Notes: generated by a model not told the origin, from the sequence alone. A stretch of 60,860 bases of DNA from a virus (IMGVR_UViG_3300032320_000463:1-60860), one strand, 5' to 3'; positions 37,618 through 47,799 are shown, counted from the first letter of the stretch. Numbers and translations: made by a program.

Positions 37618-38014
37618 TTGAGGTTCTCCTTATGGTTACACCATATTTACTGTCAGTGTTTAACCCTGTAGGCATGATGTCGGGGTTCTCCTCTAACAGT
37701 TGTTTCATGGTAGTTTGACTAATACGCCGTTCAAGCAGTTCGGGCATCTTGTGTTCCAAGATGAACTTGTGCATGGCTTCCCAGTCGCTTGTCCAGTAGC
37801 GTGTCTTCACAGAACGAATTACCGTACCGTGAGTGCTACCAAGACGGTCAACACCGATTTCCTTGCAGAGTTCCAATAATTTGGCTTCCACAAGTTCCAT
37901 CTGTGATTTCACAGAGCCATCAGCTTCTTCGTAGTCACGTAGAAGTTCAGCCCTTTTGTCGCGCATCTTGATGTAAGCGGCGACGAGTTTATCAACCGAT
38001 ATTGTCTCGGTCAT
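37607..38014 (-). CDS. Conserved coiled-coil replication-module protein
   Basis: YIKMRD...HGTV...DWEAM...LLERRI. Confidence 0.6.
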   Translation of the reverse strand: MTETISVDKLVAAYIKMRDKRAELLRDYEEADGSVKSQMELVEAKLLELCKEIGVDRLGSTHGTVIRSVKTRYWTSDWEAMHKFILEHKMPELLERRISQTTMKQLLEENPDIMPTGLNTDSKYGVTIRRTSSGS

Positions 38015-38041
38015 ATCTCTCTCCTTTGTGTTTGTATCTGA

Positions 38042-38069
38042 ATAATATCTTAAAAATTAACAGTGTCAA
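38042..38069 (-). promoter_or_regulatory. sigma70 promoter for the SSB/primase operon
   Basis: TTGACA, 16 bp, TATTAT. Confidence 0.7.
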
Positions 38070-38075
38070 GTCTTT

Positions 38076-39626
38076 TTATGTAAGTAGTTCTCCGTATAGG
38101 TCAATGATTCGGTTGTGGATGTCTACCTTGTTTTCCAGCATCTTGTACATACGGCGCTCTGCCCCACTGCCTTGCAAGTGCACCACCACTGAGGGATTCT
38201 TTTGTCCCGCTCGGTGAACACGTGCATTGGCTTGGAGGTAAGTTTCGACTGACATCACTGGACTCCAGTAGACGATGGTGTTGGCGGCATGCAAAGTTAC
38301 CCCGTGCGATGCCGCTTGTGGTTGGATGACCAGTACTTGTAAGTCATCCTTCGTTTGGAAACGCTCAAAAATTTCTGATCGTTTCGCTGCCGACACACCG
38401 CCGTGGATGATGGCGGTCGAGTACCCATGTTTACGTAAATCTTCTGCAACCACTTCAATAGCATGTCTGTAGGGAACAAACACTAACACTTTGTGGCTAG
38501 ATTCTTCGATTACTTCACGTAACACCGCAAGCCGATTGCTTGCATCAAAATGGATCACTTCACCGGTATCGGAATACACCGCACCACCGGATAGTTGTAG
38601 CAGTTTGTTTAAGTTAGCAGCGGCGTTTACCGTTGTGATCTCCTCACCAGCCGCTTGTACGATAAGACGTTTGCGCAATAGCTCATAGTACTTCTCTTGC
38701 TGTGCAGTAAGCGGTACGTCTCGCGTTACATAAGTCATATCGGGTAAATCCAAACATTGATCTTTAGTAAAACGTATAGCGGGTTGTAGCGCCTTATGAA
38801 CAATTTGCTCCGAATCTAACTTAGGCACCCACTTGAACTGCGTGATCTTGTGCATGACTTGATCGCGGAATCCACCATAAAAACGTGGAATCCCTTCGGG
38901 GTTTACCAACTTGGCAATGCCGTAGGCATCCAGTGGGGACTGTGATGCGGGGGTACCTGTCAACATCCACAACCAAGTGTGCGGTTTTATCAAATTGTTC
39001 AATACCTTCCAACGTCTTGTAGATGGATTTTTATAGGCGTTAGCTTCGTCAACGACGATGAGGTCGAAATTGCCTTTCAGTATGTCGTTGGAAACAATTT
39101 CTACCCCGTCATAGTTAATGATGACGTACTCAGCATCACTTGCGATGATGTCTCTGCGCTTCTCGGGTTTGCCATAGGCAACGTCCACTCTACGGTGCAT
39201 AGCAAACTTAAACAAGTCATTGCGCCACGCCGACTCCATGATGGATAGTGGACAAATAACCAGTACCCGCTTGATGATGCTTTTTGATAGTAAGTAGTCT
39301 GATGCCCAAATGACCGACCCAGTTTTACCTGTGCCCTGTTCGTTAAAACAGAACGACCGCCGGTGCATCGTTAAAAAAGATGCTGTAACTTTTTGGTGTG
39401 CGAAAGGTTTATAGATTCCGGGCCAGCTGTATGAAGCGTTGATAGGTGAGGGCACGTCTTTAATCTTGAGATTCTTCAAGACAATAGACTCTTCCAAATC
39501 CCAGTTCACCAAAACTTCAGCAACTTGCCCATCATCTGACAAGACTTTGCTCTTCGGAATCACTGTAGTGATTCTGTCGGGGTTGCGTACCTTGAGCAAT
39601 AACGCACGGTTATCAATAATTTGCAC
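38076..39626 (-). CDS. SNF2-family helicase
   Basis: EQGTGKT, VVDEA, LTGTP, HGVTL, QANARVHRAGQ; GTG start after GGAG. Confidence 0.9.
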   Translation of the reverse strand: MQIIDNRALLLKVRNPDRITTVIPKSKVLSDDGQVAEVLVNWDLEESIVLKNLKIKDVPSPINASYSWPGIYKPFAHQKVTASFLTMHRRSFCFNEQGTGKTGSVIWASDYLLSKSIIKRVLVICPLSIMESAWRNDLFKFAMHRRVDVAYGKPEKRRDIIASDAEYVIINYDGVEIVSNDILKGNFDLIVVDEANAYKNPSTRRWKVLNNLIKPHTWLWMLTGTPASQSPLDAYGIAKLVNPEGIPRFYGGFRDQVMHKITQFKWVPKLDSEQIVHKALQPAIRFTKDQCLDLPDMTYVTRDVPLTAQQEKYYELLRKRLIVQAAGEEITTVNAAANLNKLLQLSGGAVYSDTGEVIHFDASNRLAVLREVIEESSHKVLVFVPYRHAIEVVAEDLRKHGYSTAIIHGGVSAAKRSEIFERFQTKDDLQVLVIQPQAASHGVTLHAANTIVYWSPVMSVETYLQANARVHRAGQKNPSVVVHLQGSGAERRMYKMLENKVDIHNRIIDLYGELLT

Positions 39627-39815
39627 TCTTCTCTCCAATGACAAACGTCCTGAACACGGTGTGCGTCAGGTTCTTTTTATAAGCCCCCCGTAACGTGGGG
39701 GTTCCGATTAGTTCCCTGCCGAAAGTGTGCAGTGCTAATTGGTACGGTTATAGGGTCAGCCTCAAAACCCCCGTCTGCTACCACTCATACCTAACCTCGC
39801 AGACTACTTAGAAAC

Positions 39816-40136
39816 TTATTTTTTCTTGCGCTCTCTTGCACTTACCTCAGACACCACCTTGTGGTTCGACCCGCGCTTAAATGATCTGTTTGCCGATGCG
39901 CTCTCAACACGCACCCCATTTTTATTAGTGCCGCCTTTGGACAATGCTTTCGTGTGGGCAACATCTTTACCTTCACGCATGTCAGCCTTGCCATTGCCGT
40001 TGGCGTCTTTACCTTCTTTGTCCAACTTACGCCGTGCACGTTGTCGCTCCATCCGCGCTTCGTGAGCACCCGCACGTTGCTTCTCTAATTCGTACTCTCG
40101 CTTGACGTTGCGGTCAGCGGGGTTCTTATAAGGCAT
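39816..40136 (-). CDS. Small HNH-like protein
   Basis: GKDVAHTKALSKGG...SANRS. Confidence 0.6.
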   Translation of the reverse strand: MPYKNPADRNVKREYELEKQRAGAHEARMERQRARRKLDKEGKDANGNGKADMREGKDVAHTKALSKGGTNKNGVRVESASANRSFKRGSNHKVVSEVSARERKKK

Positions 40137-40137
40137 G

Positions 40138-40821
40138 TCAATTCCTTCCGTTATGGCTACATTCTGATACAGGGCACCATGCTTTGCAAGTGAAGTTTTT
40201 CTTAGGGTTGAACACTCCAGTTGCATACGCTGTTTCTCGTGAAACAAGCATGCTGTCTAGCTTGGTGAAGATATCAAACTTGTTGTGAACGGGGAAATCT
40301 ACAGGTATGAAGTCCTTGCAAACTACAAATAGTAGCCCCGCACGAACGAACTCAATATCAGGGTAATGGACAAATACACACGCCGCCATCAACGCCAGTT
40401 GTTTTGGGTCTGCGTAACGACTGCTCTTGCCCGTCTTGTAGTCAATGGCTCGGGCTTCTTTCTTGTTACGGTCGATGATCAGCAGGTCAGCAATACCTCT
40501 ATACCAAACATCTTTGTCAAAGAATCCACAAGGTGCGAACTTACCGTCCACTTTCTTGATGCCCATCTTCAACTCACAAATTTTTTCACCGTCAATCTTC
40601 ATCAGCTTCTCTAGGAGAGGCTCCATGTATTTGTATTGCTCAGGGATCGGTGTGCCATCCCGCATGTACTCTTCGGCGGCGGTGTGTACCGCAGTGCCGT
40701 ACATCATCGCTTCACTCTCAGGCTCTTTGATATCTTTTGCCACTCGTAAGTGGTAATACTTCTTAGGGCACTGATCAAACAACGTGATGCTTGAGTAGCT
40801 CCATGCGGGTGCTTTAGTCAT
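40138..40821 (-). CDS. PD-(D/E)XK exonuclease (Cas4/RecB-like)
   Basis: WSYS...QCP...GTAVH...GIADL...IDYKTGK...QL; C-terminal CxxCxxxxC. Confidence 0.85.
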   Translation of the reverse strand: MTKAPAWSYSSITLFDQCPKKYYHLRVAKDIKEPESEAMMYGTAVHTAAEEYMRDGTPIPEQYKYMEPLLEKLMKIDGEKICELKMGIKKVDGKFAPCGFFDKDVWYRGIADLLIIDRNKKEARAIDYKTGKSSRYADPKQLALMAACVFVHYPDIEFVRAGLLFVVCKDFIPVDFPVHNKFDIFTKLDSMLVSRETAYATGVFNPKKNFTCKAWCPVSECSHNGRN

Positions 40822-40829
40822 TCTTCTCC

Positions 40830-41372
40830 TTAAACCATGGTGAGTAGGGCATCAAGCTGAATGGGGGCGCTCTTCTGTTTATCATTGAGATTACCATTCA
40901 GTTTTGGCTTGAGAACGTGGATGTATAGAGATTCAAGTTTATCCAACACCTCCGCATCGCACGGTACAAAAGCATAGTGATCAAACGTTTTATCTTGATG
41001 TTGTGCAATGCGGGAGTAGATGTGTACGGATTGACCCACATAAACCACTTCACCGTCCTGCACTAAAAAATAAACGCCCGTTGCTTTTTCCCAAGGTAAC
41101 GCATGTTTAACAATCTCTTCAGCACTCAGCAAACTTTTATTGGTCAAAGCCCCTGAAATTTGACTCATCTTGTAGCTAAAGTTTAAGTACTCTATCTTCC
41201 CTTCTAGCGCACGAATCTCCTCGTACAAATCAGCGCGGTAATACCTTGCCTCTCGCTCTTCTGCTTCTCGTTTTTCCTTGTTGGCTTTGCGTGTAGCGTG
41301 TGCTTTTTTGGCAATAGCTTTACGTTCTTCAGGAGTTTTAAGTTGCATCGGGGTCATGCTTCTGCGTCCCAT
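40830..41372 (-). CDS. GIY-YIG domain protein
   Basis: GVYFL...VYVGQS...RIAQH...E...PKLN. Confidence 0.75.
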   Translation of the reverse strand: MGRRSMTPMQLKTPEERKAIAKKAHATRKANKEKREAEEREARYYRADLYEEIRALEGKIEYLNFSYKMSQISGALTNKSLLSAEEIVKHALPWEKATGVYFLVQDGEVVYVGQSVHIYSRIAQHQDKTFDHYAFVPCDAEVLDKLESLYIHVLKPKLNGNLNDKQKSAPIQLDALLTMV

Positions 41373-41593
41373 TCATCCTGAGGCCACACCAGTACAGGCG
41401 TGTCAATACCTAAGTAGCCGCCCTCAATGTTGTACTCAATAAATTCACGTGCCTCATCTGAAGCCATACCACCACGCATCAGAATCTCTCTGATCTTTTC
41501 AGCGTCATATACCAGCACACCAACTTGTTGTCGGTCGCGCCATACAAGCGCAGGGCCGATGATGGCTTCATCGTAGTGGTCGTATTTAATCAT
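41354..41593 (-). CDS. Conserved phage hypothetical protein
   Basis: DEAIIG...VYD...EAREFIEYNIEG. Confidence 0.7.
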   Translation of the reverse strand: MIKYDHYDEAIIGPALVWRDRQQVGVLVYDAEKIREILMRGGMASDEAREFIEYNIEGGYLGIDTPVLVWPQDEWDAEA

Positions 41594-41795
41594 TTTTCAT
41601 ATCCCTCACAAACTTTGCAAACGATACGGCAGTTTCACCGAATGCGATGGTCAGCCTATCAAACTCTTGAGCAACTTCTTCTAGCGTATCGTTGCGTTTG
41701 TCTTCAAGCTGCTGCAATGTATCCACCAACACTTTACGTACAGCTTGGTAGTCTTCATCAATCATCATAATTTTTTCTCCTTTGGTTTCTTCCAT
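41586..41795 (-). CDS. Hypothetical protein
   Basis: RNDTLEEVA; overlapping gene chain. Confidence 0.6.
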   Translation of the reverse strand: MEETKGEKIMMIDEDYQAVRKVLVDTLQQLEDKRNDTLEEVAQEFDRLTIAFGETAVSFAKFVRDMKND

Positions 41796-42030
41796 TTGTT
41801 ACCCTCACTCCATAAAAAGTTTTAAGCAAACATATACACACAACGCCAAGGTCACGCCGCCTAATAGCAGTAATAAAAATATTTCAAACATTATTTTCCT
41901 TTGGTGTAATCGTTACGGTTCTTCAAGTCTGCGCAGGTTTGGCAACGCCACATCTTTCGCCCACTACTTGTAAACACCTGTCTGACAGCAGGTTCCTTTC
42001 GGCAGACTTGACATGTTGGAGATTTGTAGA

Positions 42031-42324
42031 TCATGCGTTCTTCTCCTTCAAAACATTATTCGCATACACCATTCCAGCAATAAAATACTTGTGGTCAAAC
42101 ATTGGGTCTTCACCATTAGGCATATCACTTTGCTCCAGCCCAACCCAAGGTCGCTTTGCCATTGCATTGACCGCCTTGTCTACGCTTGATTCCGCTTGCT
42201 TCAGCATGCCATCAATCACGCCTCGCTCATAATCCAAGGTGGGTTTAACCTGATTTGTTTCTGATTGCATAGCCAGCACGTCGTGGATTTGTCTAAGCAA
42301 TCCGCAGATTTCGTCTTTAGTCAT
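42031..42324 (-). CDS. Hypothetical protein
   Basis: RPWVGL...LKEKN; coupled start. Confidence 0.6.
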   Translation of the reverse strand: MTKDEICGLLRQIHDVLAMQSETNQVKPTLDYERGVIDGMLKQAESSVDKAVNAMAKRPWVGLEQSDMPNGEDPMFDHKYFIAGMVYANNVLKEKNA

Positions 42325-42623
42325 GCTTGTCCCCTTGCTCGAATGTTGCGGGCGCACTCTTCAGCCAAGTTGTACGGCGTCCCGTCATCAGTTTCTTCAC
42401 ACAACTTTGCACACGCCTCACGCTCTGCTTCCGCTACTGATTTGGCAAAAGACAACAGAGCGTCCATATAAATGCCATCAAGGTGTGGGCGCATACCAAC
42501 CAATCTGCACTTCTTAGCCAGTTCAATGATTTCGTCTTGTGGCTGCTTCACAGACACCCACCTTGTGCGGGTGCGCTGGATGCGTTCGATTTGTTCGAAT
42601 GCTTCTTCTTCAGGTGTTTTCAT
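42321..42623 (-). CDS. Hypothetical protein
   Basis: EREACAKLCE...IRARG. Confidence 0.65.
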   Translation of the reverse strand: MKTPEEEAFEQIERIQRTRTRWVSVKQPQDEIIELAKKCRLVGMRPHLDGIYMDALLSFAKSVAEAEREACAKLCEETDDGTPYNLAEECARNIRARGQA

Positions 42624-42644
42624 TTACTCGCTCCTTTTCTGTTG

Positions 42645-44465
42645 TTAACAATCTCCATAACTATCTCCAATCCCTGCTTCGCAATTCAAGGGAATGCCTT
42701 GTGCCCATGACGGTACAAACCGCATGCACTCCATCACATACGCCATGGCTTCTTCAGCTTCTTGTTTTGGTGCGACACACGCCACAGCATCATGAACAGT
42801 GAGTACAACACGGTATCTCTTACTGATCTTGATTAGCTGTTCGCCAATGATGCAACGTGCCAATCCCTGACAAATGTTCTCTGTCAATTTGCCACCGTAT
42901 AGCTTCACTACACCTTTGCGCGAATCATAAATATACTGGTCTTTGCCATCTTTGTCTCGCATCTTTCGCAAGTTGGGGTATCTCTGATACAAACCGTTTG
43001 GCATGAGGATGCCTTCTGCCCCAATACTGATACAACCGTTGCCCCACTTAGATATGCGCTTCTTGCTCATAGCATCGACCGCCGCCGAACCTTGCGTCCA
43101 AAGTGCAGTAATTTTCGGGTAAGTACCTCGGTACGTATCAACGATTCGCTTTGCTTCTTCAAGCGTAACTTCAGTACCAAAAGTTTTAAGTTGGCTTCGA
43201 AACTTCTCCGCCCCCATGCCGTAGCCGCAACCAAGAATCGTAGTCTTGCCGATGAATCTTTCGCTATTCGTGACCTCAGCCACTGTCTTTCTGTAAATTG
43301 CCCCCGCCATGATCTTGTATACGTCTTCACCATTTCTAAATGCCTCCACTAAATCATCTTGTTGTGCAAACCATGCAAGCACCCGCGCCTCAATCTGCGC
43401 AGAATCACAGTCAATGATCACGTGATCTTTGGGTGCAAGAATGGCTTTCTTGAGCTTCCCTGCGTTCTCACCACGTGAGGGAAAGTTTTGGAAGTTGATC
43501 TTGTCTGCCCCACCCCACCGCCCCGTGTGTGCAGCGTAGTAAGAGAGGGGAACAGGTATCAAGCCTCTTCCCGCGATACCAATCAGGCGCTCAGTGCGTG
43601 TCTCCTCCAACGTAGTCTTGTTACCAAGTCTTGCGGCGACAAGTGTTTGTACGCGCTCATCAGGATGTTCAGCCAAAGCCTTGAACCCTTCATCAGACTT
43701 AGCCAACGCCAACGCTTCCTTGCCAGTAGTTGTACTAATTTTTGTAGGCGGCTCAACGCCTAGCCCACGCAAAACCTCGGCAAACTTTTGGTTAGACATC
43801 AGGTCTTCGATGTTGGCTCCACATTCATCCAGCAGCTTGCGCTTGCGTTCCTTCACCTCTAAAAGATGTTGGTGTAAGAGATCTTCATCAAGGCGCAGCG
43901 TTGGCTCTGTAAACATACGGATCGTCAGATCAATAAGTTTCAGCTCAACCTTTTTAAACATGGACAACAAAATCAGGAACAAGTCATACGTCAAGTCAAC
44001 GTCATTGATACAGTACGCCCCATACTGTGCAAGCTGTTGCTCTGAAAAGTCTTGGCGGCGCAAGTTAATCGCATCCACCACCTCAGTACCCTTGACCCCC
44101 AACGCATAGTGCTCAGACAACTTCTTCAGACTGTTGCCTACCTCAATCCCATGTATGGCTCGCGCCATGCTCAACGTATCTGCAATAGCTTTGGGTCTGA
44201 TATCAAAGTGCCAATTCAATATCGCCATGTCGAACAACGCATTGTGTGCAACCACCATGCTGTTGCTCCAATCAAAGGTGTTGAGGAATGATTTGATCTG
44301 CTCGTGCGAACCTGTGCACCATGCAGTCTCACCACCCCCCACCTTGACCGCCACCCCGATCACTTCAAAGCGGGGATCACGCACATACTCCTCAGTCGTT
44401 TGGGTCTTGAACCCCAAGTCCTTGCTGGTGTAGTACGTCTCAAAGTCTAGTGTTATGAGTTCCAT
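42645..44465 (-). CDS. polA: DNA polymerase family A with 3'-5' exonuclease
   Basis: DFET, HNALFD, YCIND; DSAQIEAR, KTTILGCGYG, VHD. Confidence 0.93.
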   Translation of the reverse strand: MELITLDFETYYTSKDLGFKTQTTEEYVRDPRFEVIGVAVKVGGGETAWCTGSHEQIKSFLNTFDWSNSMVVAHNALFDMAILNWHFDIRPKAIADTLSMARAIHGIEVGNSLKKLSEHYALGVKGTEVVDAINLRRQDFSEQQLAQYGAYCINDVDLTYDLFLILLSMFKKVELKLIDLTIRMFTEPTLRLDEDLLHQHLLEVKERKRKLLDECGANIEDLMSNQKFAEVLRGLGVEPPTKISTTTGKEALALAKSDEGFKALAEHPDERVQTLVAARLGNKTTLEETRTERLIGIAGRGLIPVPLSYYAAHTGRWGGADKINFQNFPSRGENAGKLKKAILAPKDHVIIDCDSAQIEARVLAWFAQQDDLVEAFRNGEDVYKIMAGAIYRKTVAEVTNSERFIGKTTILGCGYGMGAEKFRSQLKTFGTEVTLEEAKRIVDTYRGTYPKITALWTQGSAAVDAMSKKRISKWGNGCISIGAEGILMPNGLYQRYPNLRKMRDKDGKDQYIYDSRKGVVKLYGGKLTENICQGLARCIIGEQLIKISKRYRVVLTVHDAVACVAPKQEAEEAMAYVMECMRFVPSWAQGIPLNCEAGIGDSYGDC

Positions 44466-44707
44466 CAGAAGTTCAAACCAAAGAATGCTTTCAGGTATGG
44501 CTCAAAGTCTGCGACCTTGAAGATACCCATCTCACCCGTGTCTCGAAAGCCGATGCCGATCTCTTCACCACCATCCAACGTCCACAGCAGATAGTCACCT
44601 ATCACCACGGCGTGTCTTGGTACGTCATCAATCTTGTAGACACCACGAAACTGTCCGTCCTCAAATACCTCCCCGAACATGCGGGGCGCGTGATCCGTAC
44701 TCATCAT
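44465..44707 (-). CDS. Hypothetical protein
   Basis: Coupled to both neighbours. Confidence 0.65.
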   Translation of the reverse strand: MMSTDHAPRMFGEVFEDGQFRGVYKIDDVPRHAVVIGDYLLWTLDGGEEIGIGFRDTGEMGIFKVADFEPYLKAFFGLNF

Positions 44708-45006
44708 CTCTCTCCCATATCTATTTCAATCATTAGCTTGTCAACATCCGGTATGTTGTTTTCATTGACCACGATAGCCAAGCCACCCTGTGCAACGATC
44801 TGCGCTATGTTCCTTTCCTGTAATGCAGTGGTCGTGCCTTTACCCGCCTTGCACTCTATGGCAAAGAACCTGCCCTTGTAGCACCCAACGATGTCGGGCA
44901 CACCCGATGCACCGTACCCTCCGGTAACCGGATAGAAGTAGTACGCACCAAAAGTTTTTAGCACCTTGACCACCTCGTTCTTAACCTTCTTCTCAGGTGT
45001 CATCAT
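44704..45006 (-). CDS. VRR-NUC nuclease / resolvase-like protein
   Basis: GVPDIV...AIECKAG...TALQ. Confidence 0.85.
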   Translation of the reverse strand: MMTPEKKVKNEVVKVLKTFGAYYFYPVTGGYGASGVPDIVGCYKGRFFAIECKAGKGTTTALQERNIAQIVAQGGLAIVVNENNIPDVDKLMIEIDMGER

Positions 45007-45227
45007 GATTCGTCCTGCCACTTGTTAATGATGTCGGCAATGCCACCTTCTTTTTCTTTGCATCTATTGGCGCGTTCTTCAAGCATGGCTGTTGCTTGCT
45101 CGTGCGCAACGTATGCAATCTCCTCGGGTTTTGTTGACATAGGTGCTTTGTTCAGCAACGCCATCATTGCAAACCCCGCATACAAATCATGTAAGTTACT
45201 CTCGTGTTCGTTCATGTTCTTCTCCAT
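45003..45227 (-). CDS. Hypothetical protein
   Basis: LHDLYAGFAM...AMLEER. Confidence 0.65.
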   Translation of the reverse strand: MEKNMNEHESNLHDLYAGFAMMALLNKAPMSTKPEEIAYVAHEQATAMLEERANRCKEKEGGIADIINKWQDES

Positions 45228-45403
45228 AAAAACGTTCGTGCAATCGCAAAGATTTTGTACAGTGGCATCGACACATGATCTGGGCCAGATGTCTTTAACA
45301 ACACACGTTGAATCTTCTCCTCATCAGAATTAAGTTGGTGCAGGGGCCTTTGATATCTGCAACCAATCTCTAACCCTGTACGTGTTCTATATACATTCTT
45401 CAT
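45212..45403 (-). CDS. Hypothetical protein
   Basis: YRTRTGLEIG; SD present. Confidence 0.6.
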   Translation of the reverse strand: MKNVYRTRTGLEIGCRYQRPLHQLNSDEEKIQRVLLKTSGPDHVSMPLYKIFAIARTFLWRRT

Positions 45404-45656
45404 TGCAATCTCCTTCTCTATTTACTATGTAGTACACACTGTCGGATAATTTAAATCCTAGCTCGGGAACTAAGTCGTTGTTGTCTGTAATGCGTAGCAT
45501 GGATATGGCATCCATGATCCACTTCTCTACATCGTCTTGCGGGATGTTGTAACGCTCCCTGCCTTTAAGGCTTGGTAACGAAAAATCCAGTAGGTTGATA
45601 GTGCCATCCTCGTTCACCTCAACACGCATTGCATCGTTAAAGTTTGCAAGTGTCAT
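45387..45656 (-). CDS. Hypothetical protein, similar to the C-terminus of 45653-46552
   Basis: DVEKWIMDAISMLRI...LG vs DVPEFIRNKLAVLQI...VG. Confidence 0.6.
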   Translation of the reverse strand: MTLANFNDAMRVEVNEDGTINLLDFSLPSLKGRERYNIPQDDVEKWIMDAISMLRITDNNDLVPELGFKLSDSVYYIVNREGDCNEECI

Positions 45657-46552
45657 GCGAATATCCAGTACGTGATGTCCGATACACGAATGCCAACGTC
45701 TGCAATCGCATCGCCATTGTTTGCTATCTGCAACACAGCCAACTTGTTGCGTATGAACTCAGGCACATCCTCCATACGTGTGCATTCAATTGTCTGCATG
45801 TCATCAGTAAACCTGTATGACAAGCTGTTGGGTTTGACCCATACAAAACATGCGCGGGGTTTGTAGTCCTGCATACGTTTCAACTCAGCACCTTCCTGTA
45901 TCCACAAGTCCATGGCACTTGCGAATGCCTGTGTGCTTGGTTTGTATCCTGACGCAATCATGTGAGCAACTTCTTGCGCTATGACGCTACGCTCGATACC
46001 CATCTTGCTGTACACCTTGTCTCGTGCGGGTTCACGTAAATTATTGAGACCGGAATGCAACTTCGATATACAACTATCTTGGATATCGTCATGACCAAGC
46101 GGGGCTAAGAACTTTGTAGCAAGTTTCAACGCCTTAGTTATGTCCTTGGATTGACGGGTGTGGTAGCCCTCGTTTGTGCAATTGAACTTCTCGTTCTCGA
46201 TCCTCTCAGACTTTACACAAAACGATGTCGTACCGTTCTCGTGTTCTACGTATATCGACCCCGAACGAAAGTCGGTTGCATCAGGGTATGTGATACCCAA
46301 TTCAAAATAAATGGGCACCGTAGTATCCCCACCGTTTTCATCTTTCACCCAAATCTGATGGCTGTGTTTATCAACGCACGGCACGATGTTGTAGCGTTTG
46401 TTCTTTAACACTTTGTAGAAGTTAAACAAGTCCTCGTGCACGGGAATGTCCACGATCCAGTACTTATGGTTTCTCTCACGTGCTTGCTCTACGGTGCTTT
46501 GGAATCGGTCGAATGAAACTCTACCGACATAGTTTTCTTTAGTTGTTTGCAT
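45653..46552 (-). CDS. Hypothetical protein
   Basis: 299-aa ORF in the early operon. Confidence 0.75.
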   Translation of the reverse strand: MQTTKENYVGRVSFDRFQSTVEQARERNHKYWIVDIPVHEDLFNFYKVLKNKRYNIVPCVDKHSHQIWVKDENGGDTTVPIYFELGITYPDATDFRSGSIYVEHENGTTSFCVKSERIENEKFNCTNEGYHTRQSKDITKALKLATKFLAPLGHDDIQDSCISKLHSGLNNLREPARDKVYSKMGIERSVIAQEVAHMIASGYKPSTQAFASAMDLWIQEGAELKRMQDYKPRACFVWVKPNSLSYRFTDDMQTIECTRMEDVPEFIRNKLAVLQIANNGDAIADVGIRVSDITYWIFA

Positions 46553-46584
46553 GATTTACTTTCTATTAAAGGTTAAAGGTTAAG

Positions 46585-47799
46585 TTAGTCAAGGTGAATA
46601 GTTGTACCCATGGGAGGTACGACTTTGTTACCACCTACGATAGTCCACAGCACTGGGGCATTCCATGTACCCCAATCACCATAGATGTAGCCATCAGTCA
46701 GCACGATCACACACTCGGGCTTGATCTGATTGTCTTTAAGATACTTGGAAACACACGACACGTCAGTGCCACCACCGCCCGCCGGTTTGGTAGATGACGA
46801 CAACGTGGAAAGTTTTTCCTGTGTGTAGATTTCATGGGACGCCACGTCAGTGTCCCAATACAACAGATCAACTCTCTCGGGCATGGCGTTGAGGCAGATG
46901 CCTTGAACCTCGGATAAGAACTTAGACAACTCAGCCTCACCGATAGAACCCGATGTATCAACAGCAACCACGATACGACCGACCGTCTCAGTGATGGTTG
47001 AGGGCATGTACATGTCGTGTTGTAACCACCTACGATTAACACGTTGCCACGTAGAGATGTCCTTGCCTTGTGCAGTAGATGAAACGAACTCACGTAGTTG
47101 TTCACGCCAATCAACCTTGGGCTCGATGAGCGAACCCAACTCACGTGACTGATTACCACCCAGCTTACCTGCCATGAGCTGACCCTGACGGATGGCTTGG
47201 TTGATATCTTTGGCAACCTGCTCAATATCTTCTTGAGACATGTTTTGCCCTGATTCCCAATCATGGTCATCGAGACCACCACCCGAACCATTACCGTCCC
47301 CATCGCCATCACCTTCACCGTTCCCGGTACCATCACCGTCATTGTCTTCTCGCAACATGTTGTACACAGTCTGCGAGTCCATCCCTGCATACTTATGATC
47401 AAGCAGTCCACCCTTGGGTAATGTGATGAACCCGTTGGTACGCCTGTTGATAGCATCTATCTCAAGGTTGATCACATAGTCACATGCCATGTTGGCAGTG
47501 CGCCCATCTTCCTTGTAAAGATGTTGCCATAAGAACATGTGTTGATACACCTTGTGCAGATTCTCATGCATGATGAGACCACGCAGATCAGAGTCAGACA
47601 TCTTGTTGATGAACTCGATACCGTACTCACAGTCGATGCCGTTGGTACGTGCAGTGGGTACCTCGTCAGACACTGAATACTTACCGACCATCAGCACACC
47701 AGCATAGGTCATCGTCTCGGGGTGCCCCATCAATTCCACATGGGCACGTTGTACACGTTGCGTTGGCGTCAACGTATTGAGCTGTGTTAAGAACGACAT
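46585..47799 (-). CDS. DUF2201-type metallopeptidase-like + vWA protein
   Basis: TARTNG, HENLH, ANMACDYVIN; DTSGS, GGGGTD, LTDG; SD AAGGAG. Confidence 0.88.
   Translation of the reverse strand: MSFLTQLNTLTPTQRVQRAHVELMGHPETMTYAGVLMVGKYSVSDEVPTARTNGIDCEYGIEFINKMSDSDLRGLIMHENLHKVYQHMFLWQHLYKEDGRTANMACDYVINLEIDAINRRTNGFITLPKGGLLDHKYAGMDSQTVYNMLREDNDGDGTGNGEGDGDGDGNGSGGGLDDHDWESGQNMSQEDIEQVAKDINQAIRQGQLMAGKLGGNQSRELGSLIEPKVDWREQLREFVSSTAQGKDISTWQRVNRRWLQHDMYMPSTITETVGRIVVAVDTSGSIGEAELSKFLSEVQGICLNAMPERVDLLYWDTDVASHEIYTQEKLSTLSSSTKPAGGGGTDVSCVSKYLKDNQIKPECVIVLTDGYIYGDWGTWNAPVLWTIVGGNKVVPPMGTTIHLD

Noticed and set aside
39645-39815. tRNA gene in this or other intergenic gaps
   Set aside because: No cloverleaf with a T-loop GTTCRA found by eye; tRNAscan-SE would be decisive
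39816-41372. HNH and GIY-YIG genes as intron-borne homing elements
   Set aside because: They are free-standing and the neighbouring genes are uninterrupted
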